Virus record (IMG/VR): IMGVR_UViG_2778261641_000015
Location: 1-6,579 of that record
From: a virus
Lineage: Duplodnaviria; Heunggongvirae; Uroviricota; Caudoviricetes
DNA length: 6,579 bases
Strand: one strand, 5' to 3'
Shown here: positions 1-6,579 of the stretch, in pieces
How the letters are laid out: each line of letters starts with the position of its first letter
How positions within the stretch are numbered: the first letter of the stretch is position 1
The notes under the pieces: generated by a model
What the model was told of the DNA's origin: nothing
The model's input: only the letters and a program-made list of their open reading frames with translations
The model's database searches: none
Translations under genes and position numbers: made by a program

Positions 1-898
<898 letters not shown>

Positions 899-1021
899 TT
901 AAAAGACAGGCATACTAATAAACACTGCACTGTGTATTTATTCCAACGAGTGAATACACGGAGCAATGTCGCTCGTAACTAAACAGGAGCCGACTTGTTC
1001 TGATTATTGGAAATCTTCTTT

Positions 1022-1047
1022 GCCCTCCAGTGTGAGGGCGATTTTTT
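1022..1047 (+). terminator. Intrinsic terminator-like hairpin (GCCCTC-cagtgt-GAGGGC) followed by a T-run, upstream of ea10
   Basis: 6-bp GC-rich perfect stem at 1022-1027/1034-1039, then GATTTTTTAT (T-run 1042-1047). Oriented to act on rightward (pL-type) transcription in this window. Confidence 0.6.
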
Positions 1048-1067
1048 ATCTATGAGGATATGAATAG

Positions 1068-1436
1068 GTGTCAAACATCAAAAAATACATCATTGATTAC
1101 GACTGGAAAGCATCAATAGAAATTGAAATCGACCATGACGTAATGACAGAGGAAAAACTTCACCAGATTAATAATTTCTGGTCAGACTCTGAATACCGAC
1201 TCAATAAACACGGCTCTGTATTAAATGCTGTATTAATCATGCTGGCGCAACATGCTCTGCTTATAGCAATTTCAAGCGACTTAAATGCATATGGTGTTGT
1301 GTGTGAGTTCGACTGGAATGATGGAAATGGTCAGGAAGGATGGCCTCCAATGGATGGTAGCGAAGGAATAAGAATTACCGATATCGATACATCAGGAATA
1401 TTTGATTCAGATGATATGGCTATCAAGGCCGCCTGA
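1068..1436 (+). CDS. ea10: Ea10 (lambda early protein, 122 aa, function unknown)
   Basis: Translation MSNIKKYIIDYDWKASIEIEIDHDVMTEEKLHQINNFWSDSEY... matches lambda Ea10 from memory, same length. GTG start with GAGGA about 10 nt upstream. Confidence 0.88.
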   Translation: MSNIKKYIIDYDWKASIEIEIDHDVMTEEKLHQINNFWSDSEYRLNKHGSVLNAVLIMLAQHALLIAISSDLNAYGVVCEFDWNDGNGQEGWPPMDGSEGIRITDIDTSGIFDSDDMAIKAA

Positions 1437-1459
1437 GTGCGGCTTTACCGCATACCAAT

Positions 1460-1482
1460 AACGCTTCACTCGAGGCGTTTTT
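1460..1482 (+). terminator. Hairpin plus U-run in the cIII leader (terminator-like or translational-control structure)
   Basis: AACGCTTC(1460-1467)-actc-GAGGCGTT(1472-1479), 8 bp with one G-U wobble, running into TTTTT (1478-1482), 27 nt before the cIII ATG. The lambda cIII leader is known to form regulatory RNA structures. Confidence 0.4.
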
Positions 1483-1508
1483 CGTTATGTATAAATAAGG
1501 AGCACACC

Positions 1509-1649
1509 ATGCAATATGCCATTGCAGGGTGGCCTGTTGCTGGCTGCCCTTCCGAATCTTTACTTGAACGAATCACCCGTAAATTACGTGACGGATGGAA
1601 ACGCCTTATCGACATACTTAATCAGCCAGGAGTACCCAAAAATGGATAA
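1509..1649 (+). CDS. cIII: CIII (FtsH/HflB protease inhibitor), apparently C-terminally truncated variant, 46 aa
   Basis: [46 protein letters not shown] then TAA at 1647-1649. Matches the first 46 residues of the 54-aa lambda CIII as I recall it. Strong SD AAGGAG 8 nt upstream of the ATG at 1509. The track ORF starting at 1437 is an upstream in-frame extension with no RBS. Confidence 0.85.
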   Translation: MQYAIAGWPVAGCPSESLLERITRKLRDGWKRLIDILNQPGVPKNG

Positions 1650-1785
1650 AAAACTTATGGCTATCCAGACAAAATTCACTATTGCCACTTTTATTGGCGA
1701 TGAAAAGATGTTTCGTGAGGCCGTCGACGCTTATAAAAAATGGATATTAATACTGAAACTGAGATCAAGCAAAAGCATTCACTAA
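1642..1785 (+). CDS. kil: Kil (host cell-division inhibitor, 47 aa)
   Basis: [47 protein letters not shown] matches lambda Kil except residues 3-4 (KK here, QT in my recollection of lambda). Start overlaps the cIII stop; 3' end overlaps the gam start by 46 nt, as in lambda. Confidence 0.85.
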   Translation: MDKKLMAIQTKFTIATFIGDEKMFREAVDAYKKWILILKLRSSKSIH

Positions 1786-2156
1786 CCCCCTTTCCTGTTT
1801 TCCTAATCAGCCCGGCATTTCGCGGGCGATATTTTCACAGCTATTTCAGGAGTTCGGCCATGAACGCTTATTACATTCAGGATCGTCTTGAGGCTCAGAG
1901 CTGGGCGCGTCACTACCAGCAGATAGCCCGTGAAGAGAAAGAGGCAGAACTGGCAGACGACATGGAAAAAGGCCTGCCCCAGCACCTGTTTGAATCGCTA
2001 TGCATCGATCATTTGCAACGCCACGGGGCCAGCAAAAAAGCCATTACCCGTGCGTTTGATGACGATGTTGAGTTTCAGGAGCGCATGGCAGAACACATCC
2101 GGTACATGGTTGAAACCATTGCTCACCATCAGGTTGATATTGATTCAGAGGTATAA
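1740..2156 (+). CDS. gam: Gam (RecBCD inhibitor), 138-aa long form; the short GamS form would start at the internal ATG at 1860
   Basis: [61 protein letters not shown]... is near-identical to lambda Gam from memory. Internal ATG at 1860 is preceded by CAGGAG. Confidence 0.95.
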   Translation: MDINTETEIKQKHSLTPFPVFLISPAFRGRYFHSYFRSSAMNAYYIQDRLEAQSWARHYQQIAREEKEAELADDMEKGLPQHLFESLCIDHLQRHGASKKAITRAFDDDVEFQERMAEHIRYMVETIAHHQVDIDSEV

Positions 2157-2161
2157 AACGG

Positions 2162-2947
2162 ATGAGTACAGCACTCGCAACGCTGGCAGGGAAGCTGGCT
2201 GAACGTGTCGGCATGGATTCTGTCGACCCACAGGAACTGATCACCACTCTTCGCCAGACGGCATTTAAAGGCGATGCCAGCGATGCGCAGTTCATCGCAT
2301 TGTTGATCGTCGCCAACCAGTACGGCCTTAATCCGTGGACGAAAGAAATTTACGCCTTCCCTGACAAGCAGAACGGCATCGTTCCGGTGGTGGGCGTTGA
2401 TGGCTGGTCCCGTATCATCAATGAAAACCAGCAGTTTGATGGCATGGACTTTGAGCAGGACAATGAATCATGTACATGCCGGATTTACCGCAAGGACCGT
2501 AATCATCCGATCTGCGTTACCGAGTGGATGGATGAATGCCGCCGCGAACCATTCAAAACCCGCGAAGGCAGAGAAATCACCGGACCGTGGCAGTCGCATC
2601 CCAAACGGATGTTACGGCATAAAGCCATGATTCAGTGTGCCCGTCTGGCCTTCGGATTTGCTGGTATCTATGACAAGGATGAAGCCGAGCGCATTGTCGA
2701 AAATACCGCATACACTGCAGAACGTCAGCCGGAACGCGACATCACTCCGGTTAACGATGAAACCATGCAGGAGATTAACACTATGCTGATTGCCCTGGAC
2801 AAAACATGGGATGACGACTTATTGCCGCTCTGTTCCCAGATATTTCGCCGCGACATTCGCGCATCGTCAGAACTGACACAGGCCGAAGCAATGAAAGCTC
2901 TTGGATTCCTGAAACAGAAAGCCTCTGAACAGAAGGTGGCTGCATGA
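2162..2947 (+). CDS. bet: Bet (Red-beta single-strand annealing protein, 261 aa)
   Basis: [66 protein letters not shown]... is near-identical to lambda Bet from memory. Stop overlaps the exo start (ATGA at 2944-2947). Confidence 0.97.
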   Translation: MSTALATLAGKLAERVGMDSVDPQELITTLRQTAFKGDASDAQFIALLIVANQYGLNPWTKEIYAFPDKQNGIVPVVGVDGWSRIINENQQFDGMDFEQDNESCTCRIYRKDRNHPICVTEWMDECRREPFKTREGREITGPWQSHPKRMLRHKAMIQCARLAFGFAGIYDKDEAERIVENTAYTAERQPERDITPVNDETMQEINTMLIALDKTWDDDLLPLCSQIFRRDIRASSELTQAEAMKALGFLKQKASEQKVAA

Positions 2948-3624
2948 CACCGGACATTATCCTGCAGCGTACCGGGATCGACGTGAGAGCTGTCGAACAG
3001 GGGGATGATGCATGGCACAAATTACGGCTCGGCGTCATCACCGCTTCAGAAGTTCACAACGTGATAGCAAAGCCCCGCTCAGGAAAGAAGTGGCCTGACA
3101 TGAAAATGTCCTACTTCCACACCCTGCTGGCTGAGGTTTGCACCGGTGTGGCTCCGGAAGTTAACGCTAAGGCGCTGGCCTGGGGAAAACAGTACGAGAA
3201 CGACGCCAGAACCCTCTTTGAGTTCACTTCCGGCGTTAATGTTACTGAATCCCCGATCATCTATCGCGACGAAAGTATGCGCACCGCCTGCTCTCCCGAT
3301 GGTTTATGCAGTGACGGCAACGGCCTTGAACTGAAATGCCCGTTTACCTCCCGGGATTTCATGAAGTTCCGGCTCGGTGGTTTCGAGGCCATAAAATCGG
3401 CTTACATGGCCCAGGTGCAGTACAGCATGTGGGTGACGCGAAAAGATGCCTGGTACTTTGCCAACTATGACCCACGAATGAAGCGTGAAGGCCTGCATTA
3501 TGTCGTGGTTGAGCGGGATGAAAATTACATGGCGAGTTTTGACGAGATGGTGCCGGAGTTCATCGAAAAAATGGACGAGGCACTGGCTGAAATTGGTTTT
3601 GTATTTGGGGAGCAATGGCGATGA
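2944..3624 (+). CDS. exo: Lambda exonuclease (Red-alpha, 226 aa)
   Basis: [65 protein letters not shown]... is near-identical to lambda Exo from memory. Confidence 0.97.
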   Translation: MTPDIILQRTGIDVRAVEQGDDAWHKLRLGVITASEVHNVIAKPRSGKKWPDMKMSYFHTLLAEVCTGVAPEVNAKALAWGKQYENDARTLFEFTSGVNVTESPIIYRDESMRTACSPDGLCSDGNGLELKCPFTSRDFMKFRLGGFEAIKSAYMAQVQYSMWVTRKDAWYFANYDPRMKREGLHYVVVERDENYMASFDEMVPEFIEKMDEALAEIGFVFGEQWR

Positions 3625-3803
3625 CGCATCCTCACGATAATATCCGGGTAGGCGCGATCACTTTCGTCTACTCCATTACAAAGCGAGGCTGGGTATTTCC
3701 CGGCCTTTCTGTTATCAGAAATCCCCTGAAAGCACAGCGGCTGGCTGAGGAGATAAATAATAAACGGGGAGCTGTATGCACAAAGCATCTCCCGTTGAGT
3801 TAA
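3621..3803 (+). CDS. orf60a: Lambda orf60a homologue (60 aa, function unknown)
   Basis: [60 protein letters not shown] matches lambda orf60a from memory. Start chosen at the ATG at 3621, which overlaps the exo stop (ATGA); the track start at 3615 adds two residues. Confidence 0.85.
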   Translation: MTHPHDNIRVGAITFVYSITKRGWVFPGLSVIRNPLKAQRLAEEINNKRGAVCTKHLPLS

Positions 3804-3967
3804 GAACGAGTATCGAGATGGCACATAGCCTCGCTCAAATTGGAGTCAGGTTTGTGCCAATACCAGTAGAAACAGACGAAGAATTTCATACGTTAGCCGC
3901 ATCCCTTTCACAAAAGCTGGAAATGATGGTGGCGAAAGCAGAAGCAGATGAGAGAGACCAGGTATGA
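3776..3967 (+). CDS. orf63: Lambda orf63 homologue (63 aa, function unknown)
   Basis: [63 protein letters not shown] matches lambda orf63 from memory; overlaps orf60a by 28 nt. Confidence 0.85.
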   Translation: MHKASPVELRTSIEMAHSLAQIGVRFVPIPVETDEEFHTLAASLSQKLEMMVAKAEADERDQV

Positions 3968-4047
3968 CAACCACTGAATGCATTTTTCTGGCAGCGGGCT
4001 TCATATTCTGTGTGCTTATGCTTGCCGACATGGGGCTTGTTCAATGA
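3964..4047 (+). CDS. Candidate 27-aa hydrophobic micro-protein (MTTTECIFLAAGFIFCVLMLADMGLVQ), single predicted transmembrane helix
   Basis: ATG at 3964 overlaps the orf63 stop (ATGA 3964-3967) and its TGA overlaps the ATG of the next ORF (ATGA 4044-4047). Below the length cutoff of the supplied ORF track; translated by hand. Confidence 0.4.
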   Translation: MTTTECIFLAAGFIFCVLMLADMGLVQ

Positions 4048-4259
4048 CACCTCAGCAAGAAAACGCCCTTCGCAGCATTGCCCGTCAGGCTAATTCTGAA
4101 ATCAAAAAAGCCAGACAGCAGTTTCCGGATAAAAACGTCGATGACATTTGCCGTAGCGTACTAAAGAAGCACCGCGAAACGGTAACGCTGATGGGATTCA
4201 CACCGACTCATTTAAGCCTGGCGATCGGCATGTTGAACGGCGTCTTTAAGGAACGGTGA
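4044..4259 (+). CDS. Hypothetical 71-aa basic protein at the lambda orf61 position (MTPQQENALRSIARQANSEIKKARQQFPDKNVDD...)
   Basis: ORF in the track from 3978; start preferred at the ATG at 4044 because of the ATGA coupling to the upstream micro-ORF and because the N-terminal extension looks non-protein-like. I could not confirm from memory that it equals lambda orf61. Confidence 0.55.
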   Translation: MTPQQENALRSIARQANSEIKKARQQFPDKNVDDICRSVLKKHRETVTLMGFTPTHLSLAIGMLNGVFKER

Positions 4260-4280
4260 ACATGAAAAGCAAAATCATCA

Positions 4281-4302
4281 GGGAGCTACAGGCTCCTTTT
4301 TT
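4281..4302 (+). terminator. Intrinsic terminator-like hairpin (GGGAGC-tacag-GCTCC) plus T6
   Basis: 5-6 bp GC-rich stem at 4281-4286/4292-4296 followed directly by TTTTTT (4297-4302), between the 71-aa ORF and orf73. Confidence 0.6.
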
Positions 4303-4357
4303 ATTATTCGCATTCACCCTCAAGCGTATTAACCAACAATTCAGGGATTAATGAAAG

Positions 4358-4579
4358 ATGGCAGACATCATTGATTCAGCATCAGAAATTGAAGAATTAC
4401 AGCGCAACACAGCAATAAAAATGCGCCGCCTGAACCACCAGGCTATATCTGCCACTCATTGTTGTGAGTGTGGCGATCCGATAGATGAACGAAGACGCTT
4501 GGCCGTTCAGGGTTGTCGGACTTGTGCAAGTTGCCAGGAGGATCTGGAACTTATCAGTAAACAGAGAGGTTCGAAGTGA
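4358..4579 (+). CDS. orf73: TraR/DksA-family C4 zinc-finger protein (lambda Orf73-like, 73 aa)
   Basis: CxxC-x17-CxxC motif (CCECGDPIDERRRLAVQGCRTCASC) after an N-terminal helical region, the architecture of TraR/DksA family members. Length and position match lambda orf73. Confidence 0.85.
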   Translation: MADIIDSASEIEELQRNTAIKMRRLNHQAISATHCCECGDPIDERRRLAVQGCRTCASCQEDLELISKQRGSK

Positions 4580-5124
4580 GCGAAATTAACTCTCAGGCAC
4601 TGCGTGAGGCGGCAGTAGCAATTGAAACAGTAGCAACACCTCAAAAATTGCTGGCATTTCGTATGAAAGTCACACCTCAGGTTGTGCTGGCTCTACTGGA
4701 TGAACGAGATGCATTAAATGAACGCCTAGCCGAACTGGAGGCTGATTTAGCAGGGCTGGCCGAAGACCACCAGAAAGCGACTGAGTCAATTAAGCAGGCT
4801 GATGCAGCTGTTAAGTTGGCACACGAGAAGTTTTCGGCGCTGGCGGCGGAGAATGAGCTGGCTCGTAAAGCAGTTCAGGAATTCTGCGATGTTGTTGGCG
4901 ACAGCACCGAGGTTATCTGCGAGGAGATTGGGAGAGATGGTGTTCTGGTTATTTTGGAGGCCATGAAGGCAACAGGAAATATGCCAGCCACCGATGCTTT
5001 CCTGGCTGAAGTACGGGCGCAGGGGGTGGAGATGATGCGCGAACATCCATCAATCAAACTTTGCTCTTTGACGCACATATGTGATGAGTTAGCCGCCCAG
5101 CTTCGCAAAGGAGGCAACCAGTGA
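4576..5124 (+). CDS. ea22: Ea22-like protein (182 aa), lambda-like N-terminus with divergent central and C-terminal parts
   Basis: GTG start overlapping the orf73 stop (GTGA 4576-4579). N-terminus MSEINSQALREAA matches lambda Ea22 as recalled and length is the same; the remainder (LDERDALNERLAELEADLAGLAEDHQ... coiled-coil-like) differs. Confidence 0.8.
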   Translation: MSEINSQALREAAVAIETVATPQKLLAFRMKVTPQVVLALLDERDALNERLAELEADLAGLAEDHQKATESIKQADAAVKLAHEKFSALAAENELARKAVQEFCDVVGDSTEVICEEIGRDGVLVILEAMKATGNMPATDAFLAEVRAQGVEMMREHPSIKLCSLTHICDELAAQLRKGGNQ

Positions 5125-5217
5125 CTGGACATGCAGCAATCCTCGACATGTGCTGTGGCAGTCGCATGTTCTGGTTAGATAAGAATGACGAACGGGCGAG
5201 ATAAGCGATCGGTTAAG

Positions 5218-5226
5218 TGCTATAGT
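5218..5226 (+). promoter_or_regulatory. Weak candidate extended -10 element (TGcTATAGT) upstream of the secreted-protein gene
   Basis: TG at 5218-5219 and TATAGT at 5221-5226, about 29 nt upstream of the ATG at 5255; no convincing -35. Motif match only. Confidence 0.2.
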
Positions 5227-5254
5227 AATGCGCTTTTGTATTTATGGAGTGAAT

Positions 5255-5953
5255 ATGAAAAATATCCTACTGGCATCATTGTTAGTGGCATCGCCGGGTG
5301 CATTTGCAGCCAGCTTTGACTGCCAAAAGGCTTCGACAGCAATCGAACATAAAATCTGCGATAACGAACGTCTGTCAAAATTAGACGAACAGCTTAGCTC
5401 TGCCTATTCTAGTGCCCTCAAAGGAAACCCAGAGAACGCAGACACCCTAAAAATGGTTCAACGTCAGTGGGTAAATATGCGTGGAAAACTCACTGATAAT
5501 AAGGCTCTGGAGCTGGCTTATCTTATCCAAATTAATGGCCTCAAAGGTTTGGGGAGTTCAGTCAGCGTAACAGCGGCCAATGACATACCCACGTCGGCGC
5601 AGAAACATTCTAAAGAGCAGGAAGATACAAGTAAGGCAGAAGCTAAGTCGGTCAAGAACGGCAATAAGCTAACCTTAGAGTCATTCCGAGCTAAATATGT
5701 AGAAGTAGATGGTGAGTATTACAGCACGACATCCATTCCTAGAGGCAGTTCGTTCTTGTTCACTTGCGCTAGTCGTATTGCTGATGACCAAGTGAATATT
5801 TGGAAGAAACAGGCAGCCAAAGAGGGCAAAATCGACCTATTCTTTGAGGTTGAGAATCACTTACACACGGCTATGTTGAACGCCAATTTTCAGAAGTTGA
5901 ATTCAGACCCTGCCAAAAGAGGTATTTGTAATCTGATTAACGCAGTGCCGTAA
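5255..5953 (+). CDS. Secreted (periplasmic) hypothetical protein, 232 aa: Sec signal peptide, DUF1311/LprI-like N-terminal domain, C-terminal region of unknown function
   Basis: ATG at 5255 with GGAG 5 nt upstream (the track start at 5228 lacks an RBS). MKNILLASLLVASPGAFA|AS is a classic signal peptide with an AxA cleavage site. The mature N-terminus FDCQKASTAIEHKICDNERLSKLDEQLSSAYSSAL...QRQWVNMRG resembles the DUF1311 motif from memory. Sits where lambda has ea8.5. Confidence 0.75.
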   Translation: MKNILLASLLVASPGAFAASFDCQKASTAIEHKICDNERLSKLDEQLSSAYSSALKGNPENADTLKMVQRQWVNMRGKLTDNKALELAYLIQINGLKGLGSSVSVTAANDIPTSAQKHSKEQEDTSKAEAKSVKNGNKLTLESFRAKYVEVDGEYYSTTSIPRGSSFLFTCASRIADDQVNIWKKQAAKEGKIDLFFEVENHLHTAMLNANFQKLNSDPAKRGICNLINAVP

Positions 5954-5963
5954 GTAAATTTAG

Positions 5964-5993
5964 GGCCACAGTTGTGGCCTTAAATATTTTTTT
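5964..5993 (+). terminator. Terminator-like hairpin (GGCCAC-agtt-GTGGCC) followed by an AT-rich tract ending in T7
   Basis: Perfect 6-bp stem at 5964-5969/5974-5979, 10 nt after the stop of the secreted-protein gene; the T-run (5987-5993) is 7 nt from the stem, which is not ideal. Confidence 0.45.
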
Positions 5994-6122
5994 CAGCCTT
6001 TTCTTATTTGTAATAAGCAGTACTTGGTAGTGCTTATAAAACAGAATAAAAAATATATGACTTTGGCGATTACCCAGTAAAGATATTCGAAATAAATGTA
6101 AATATCGACAATGAATAACTAT

Positions 6123-6147
6123 CCTCGCACTCGCGGGGATTTCTTTT
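6123..6147 (+). terminator. Terminator-like hairpin (CCTCGC-actc-GCGGGG) followed by a T-rich tract
   Basis: 6-bp stem with one mismatch at 6123-6128/6133-6138, then ATTTCTTTTAT. Confidence 0.4.
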
Positions 6148-6152
6148 ATCTG

Positions 6153-6177
6153 AACTCGCTACGGCGAGTTTTTTTTA
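6153..6177 (+). terminator. Strong intrinsic terminator (AACTCGC-tacg-GCGAGTT, then T8)
   Basis: 7-bp stem at 6153-6159/6164-6170 running into TTTTTTTT (6169-6176), immediately upstream of the RBS of the 55-aa ORF. Confidence 0.7.
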
Positions 6178-6189
6178 TGGAGATGATAA

Positions 6190-6357
6190 ATGCACTTCCG
6201 AGTCACAGGTGAATGGAATGGAGAACCATTCAACAGAGTTATCGAAGCCGAGAACATCAGCGACTGCTATGACCACTGGATGCTGTGGGCGCAGATAGCA
6301 CATGCAGACGTAACCAATATTCGAATTGAAGAACTGAAAGAACACCAAGCCGCCTGA
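6190..6357 (+). CDS. Candidate small protein, 55 aa (MHFRVTGEWNGEPFNRVIEAENISDCYDHWMLWAQIAHADVTNIRIEELKEHQAA)
   Basis: ATG at 6190 with GGAG 8 nt upstream, TGA at 6355-6357. Below the ORF-track cutoff; hand-translated. Bracketed by terminator-like hairpins on both sides. Confidence 0.45.
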   Translation: MHFRVTGEWNGEPFNRVIEAENISDCYDHWMLWAQIAHADVTNIRIEELKEHQAA

Positions 6358-6372
6358 TGGCGGTTTCTTTTT
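6350..6372 (+). terminator. Terminator-like hairpin (CCGCC-tgat-GGCGG) plus T-rich tract, overlapping the stop codon of the 55-aa ORF
   Basis: 5-bp GC stem at 6350-6354/6359-6363 followed by TTTCTTTTT (6364-6372). Confidence 0.55.
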
Positions 6373-6387
6373 GCCTGGAGAATTAAG

Positions 6388-6579
6388 ATGACCGATACTA
6401 GCCTGATTCCTGAGAAAGAAGTGATGAACAAGCTCGGTGTTTCATCACGTCAGACAATCTGGAACTATACCAAACGGCACGGATTTCCGAAGCCAGTCAG
6501 AACCCACCCCAAATCATACCTTCGTGAAGCTGTTGAAGGGTGGATTCTTAACGGTGGCGTTAATCAGAAATGCTCCTGA
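6388..6579 (+). CDS. AlpA-family (Phage_AlpA-like) small helix-turn-helix protein, probable excisionase or integration-module regulator, 63 aa
   Basis: MTDTSLIPEKEVMNKLGVSSRQTIWNYTKRHGFPKPVRTHPKSY...: short HTH protein with the (R/K)xGFPKP(V/I) signature typical of AlpA/Xis-like proteins found next to P4-type integrases. GGAG 6 nt upstream of the ATG. Not similar to lambda Xis as I recall it. Window ends at its stop codon. Confidence 0.75.
   Translation: MTDTSLIPEKEVMNKLGVSSRQTIWNYTKRHGFPKPVRTHPKSYLREAVEGWILNGGVNQKCS

Noticed and set aside
1437-1508. Upstream extensions of cIII (from 1437) and kil (from 1516) in the ORF track
   Set aside because: The internal ATGs at 1509 and 1642 reproduce the known lambda protein N-termini; the extensions are artefacts of the longest-ORF rule.
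1803-3824. Multiple alternative-frame and antisense ORFs inside gam, bet and exo (1803-1985, 1930-2202, 2044-2316, 2397-2630, 2725-3018, 2781-3041, 3146-3334, 3304-3615, 3525-3824)
   Set aside because: All are embedded in genes whose products are near-identical to well-characterised lambda proteins; compositions look like frame-shifted junk.
3846-4031. Minus-strand 61-aa ORF across the orf63 / micro-ORF region
   Set aside because: Antisense to the tightly coupled plus-strand genes, with no obvious start signals.
4262-4351. 29-aa ORF (MKSKIIRELQAPFLLFAFTLKRINQQFRD) between the 71-aa ORF and orf73
   Set aside because: The reading frame runs straight through the terminator hairpin and T-run at 4281-4302; more likely non-coding terminator sequence.
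4786-5132. Minus-strand ORFs 4786-5046 and 4875-5132 inside ea22
   Set aside because: Antisense to a gene with a conserved lambda-like start and protein-like translation; likely shadows.
5228-5254. Upstream ATG at 5228 as start of the secreted-protein gene (track annotation)
   Set aside because: No RBS, and the extension MRFCIYGVN would bury the signal peptide. The ATG at 5255 has GGAG at ideal spacing and gives a canonical signal peptide.
6000-6120. Possible small-RNA promoter (TTGTAA ... TATAAA) in the AT-rich spacer
   Set aside because: Spacing between the candidate -35 and -10 is about 21 nt and there is no TG extended motif; AT-rich DNA produces such hexamers by chance. Kept only as a hypothesis under the spacer finding.

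Overview
This window is the leftward early (pL) operon of a lambdoid prophage, read here on the + strand from the N start codon to an AlpA-type excisionase. Gene order is N, [minus-strand insert], ea10, cIII, kil, gam, bet, exo, orf60a, orf63, [27-aa micro-ORF], a 71-aa ORF, TraR-like orf73, an ea22-like gene, [secreted-protein gene], a 55-aa ORF, and the excisionase. Products were recognised from memory of phage lambda proteins, not from any search; N, Gam, Bet, Exo, Ea10, Kil, orf60a and orf63 are near-identical to lambda. Three places break the lambda pattern and are the main leads: (1) where lambda carries sieB/ral between N and ea10, an AT-rich cassette encodes a single minus-strand protein I do not recognise (coiled coil plus C-terminal CxxC-x23-CxxC), convergent with and overlapping the 3' end of N, with an 11-bp direct repeat and a palindrome in its 5' region. 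This is the best candidate for an undescribed exclusion or defence gene. (2) Where lambda carries ea8.5, there is a signal-peptide-bearing 232-aa protein with a DUF1311-like N-terminal domain, followed by an AT-rich spacer with three terminator-like hairpins. (3) The integration module is AlpA-type rather than lambda Xis-type. Smaller observations: cIII appears truncated to 46 codons, and a hydrophobic 27-aa micro-ORF sits between orf63 and the next gene with ATGA overlaps at both ends. No rRNA, tRNA, CRISPR array or transposase was seen.
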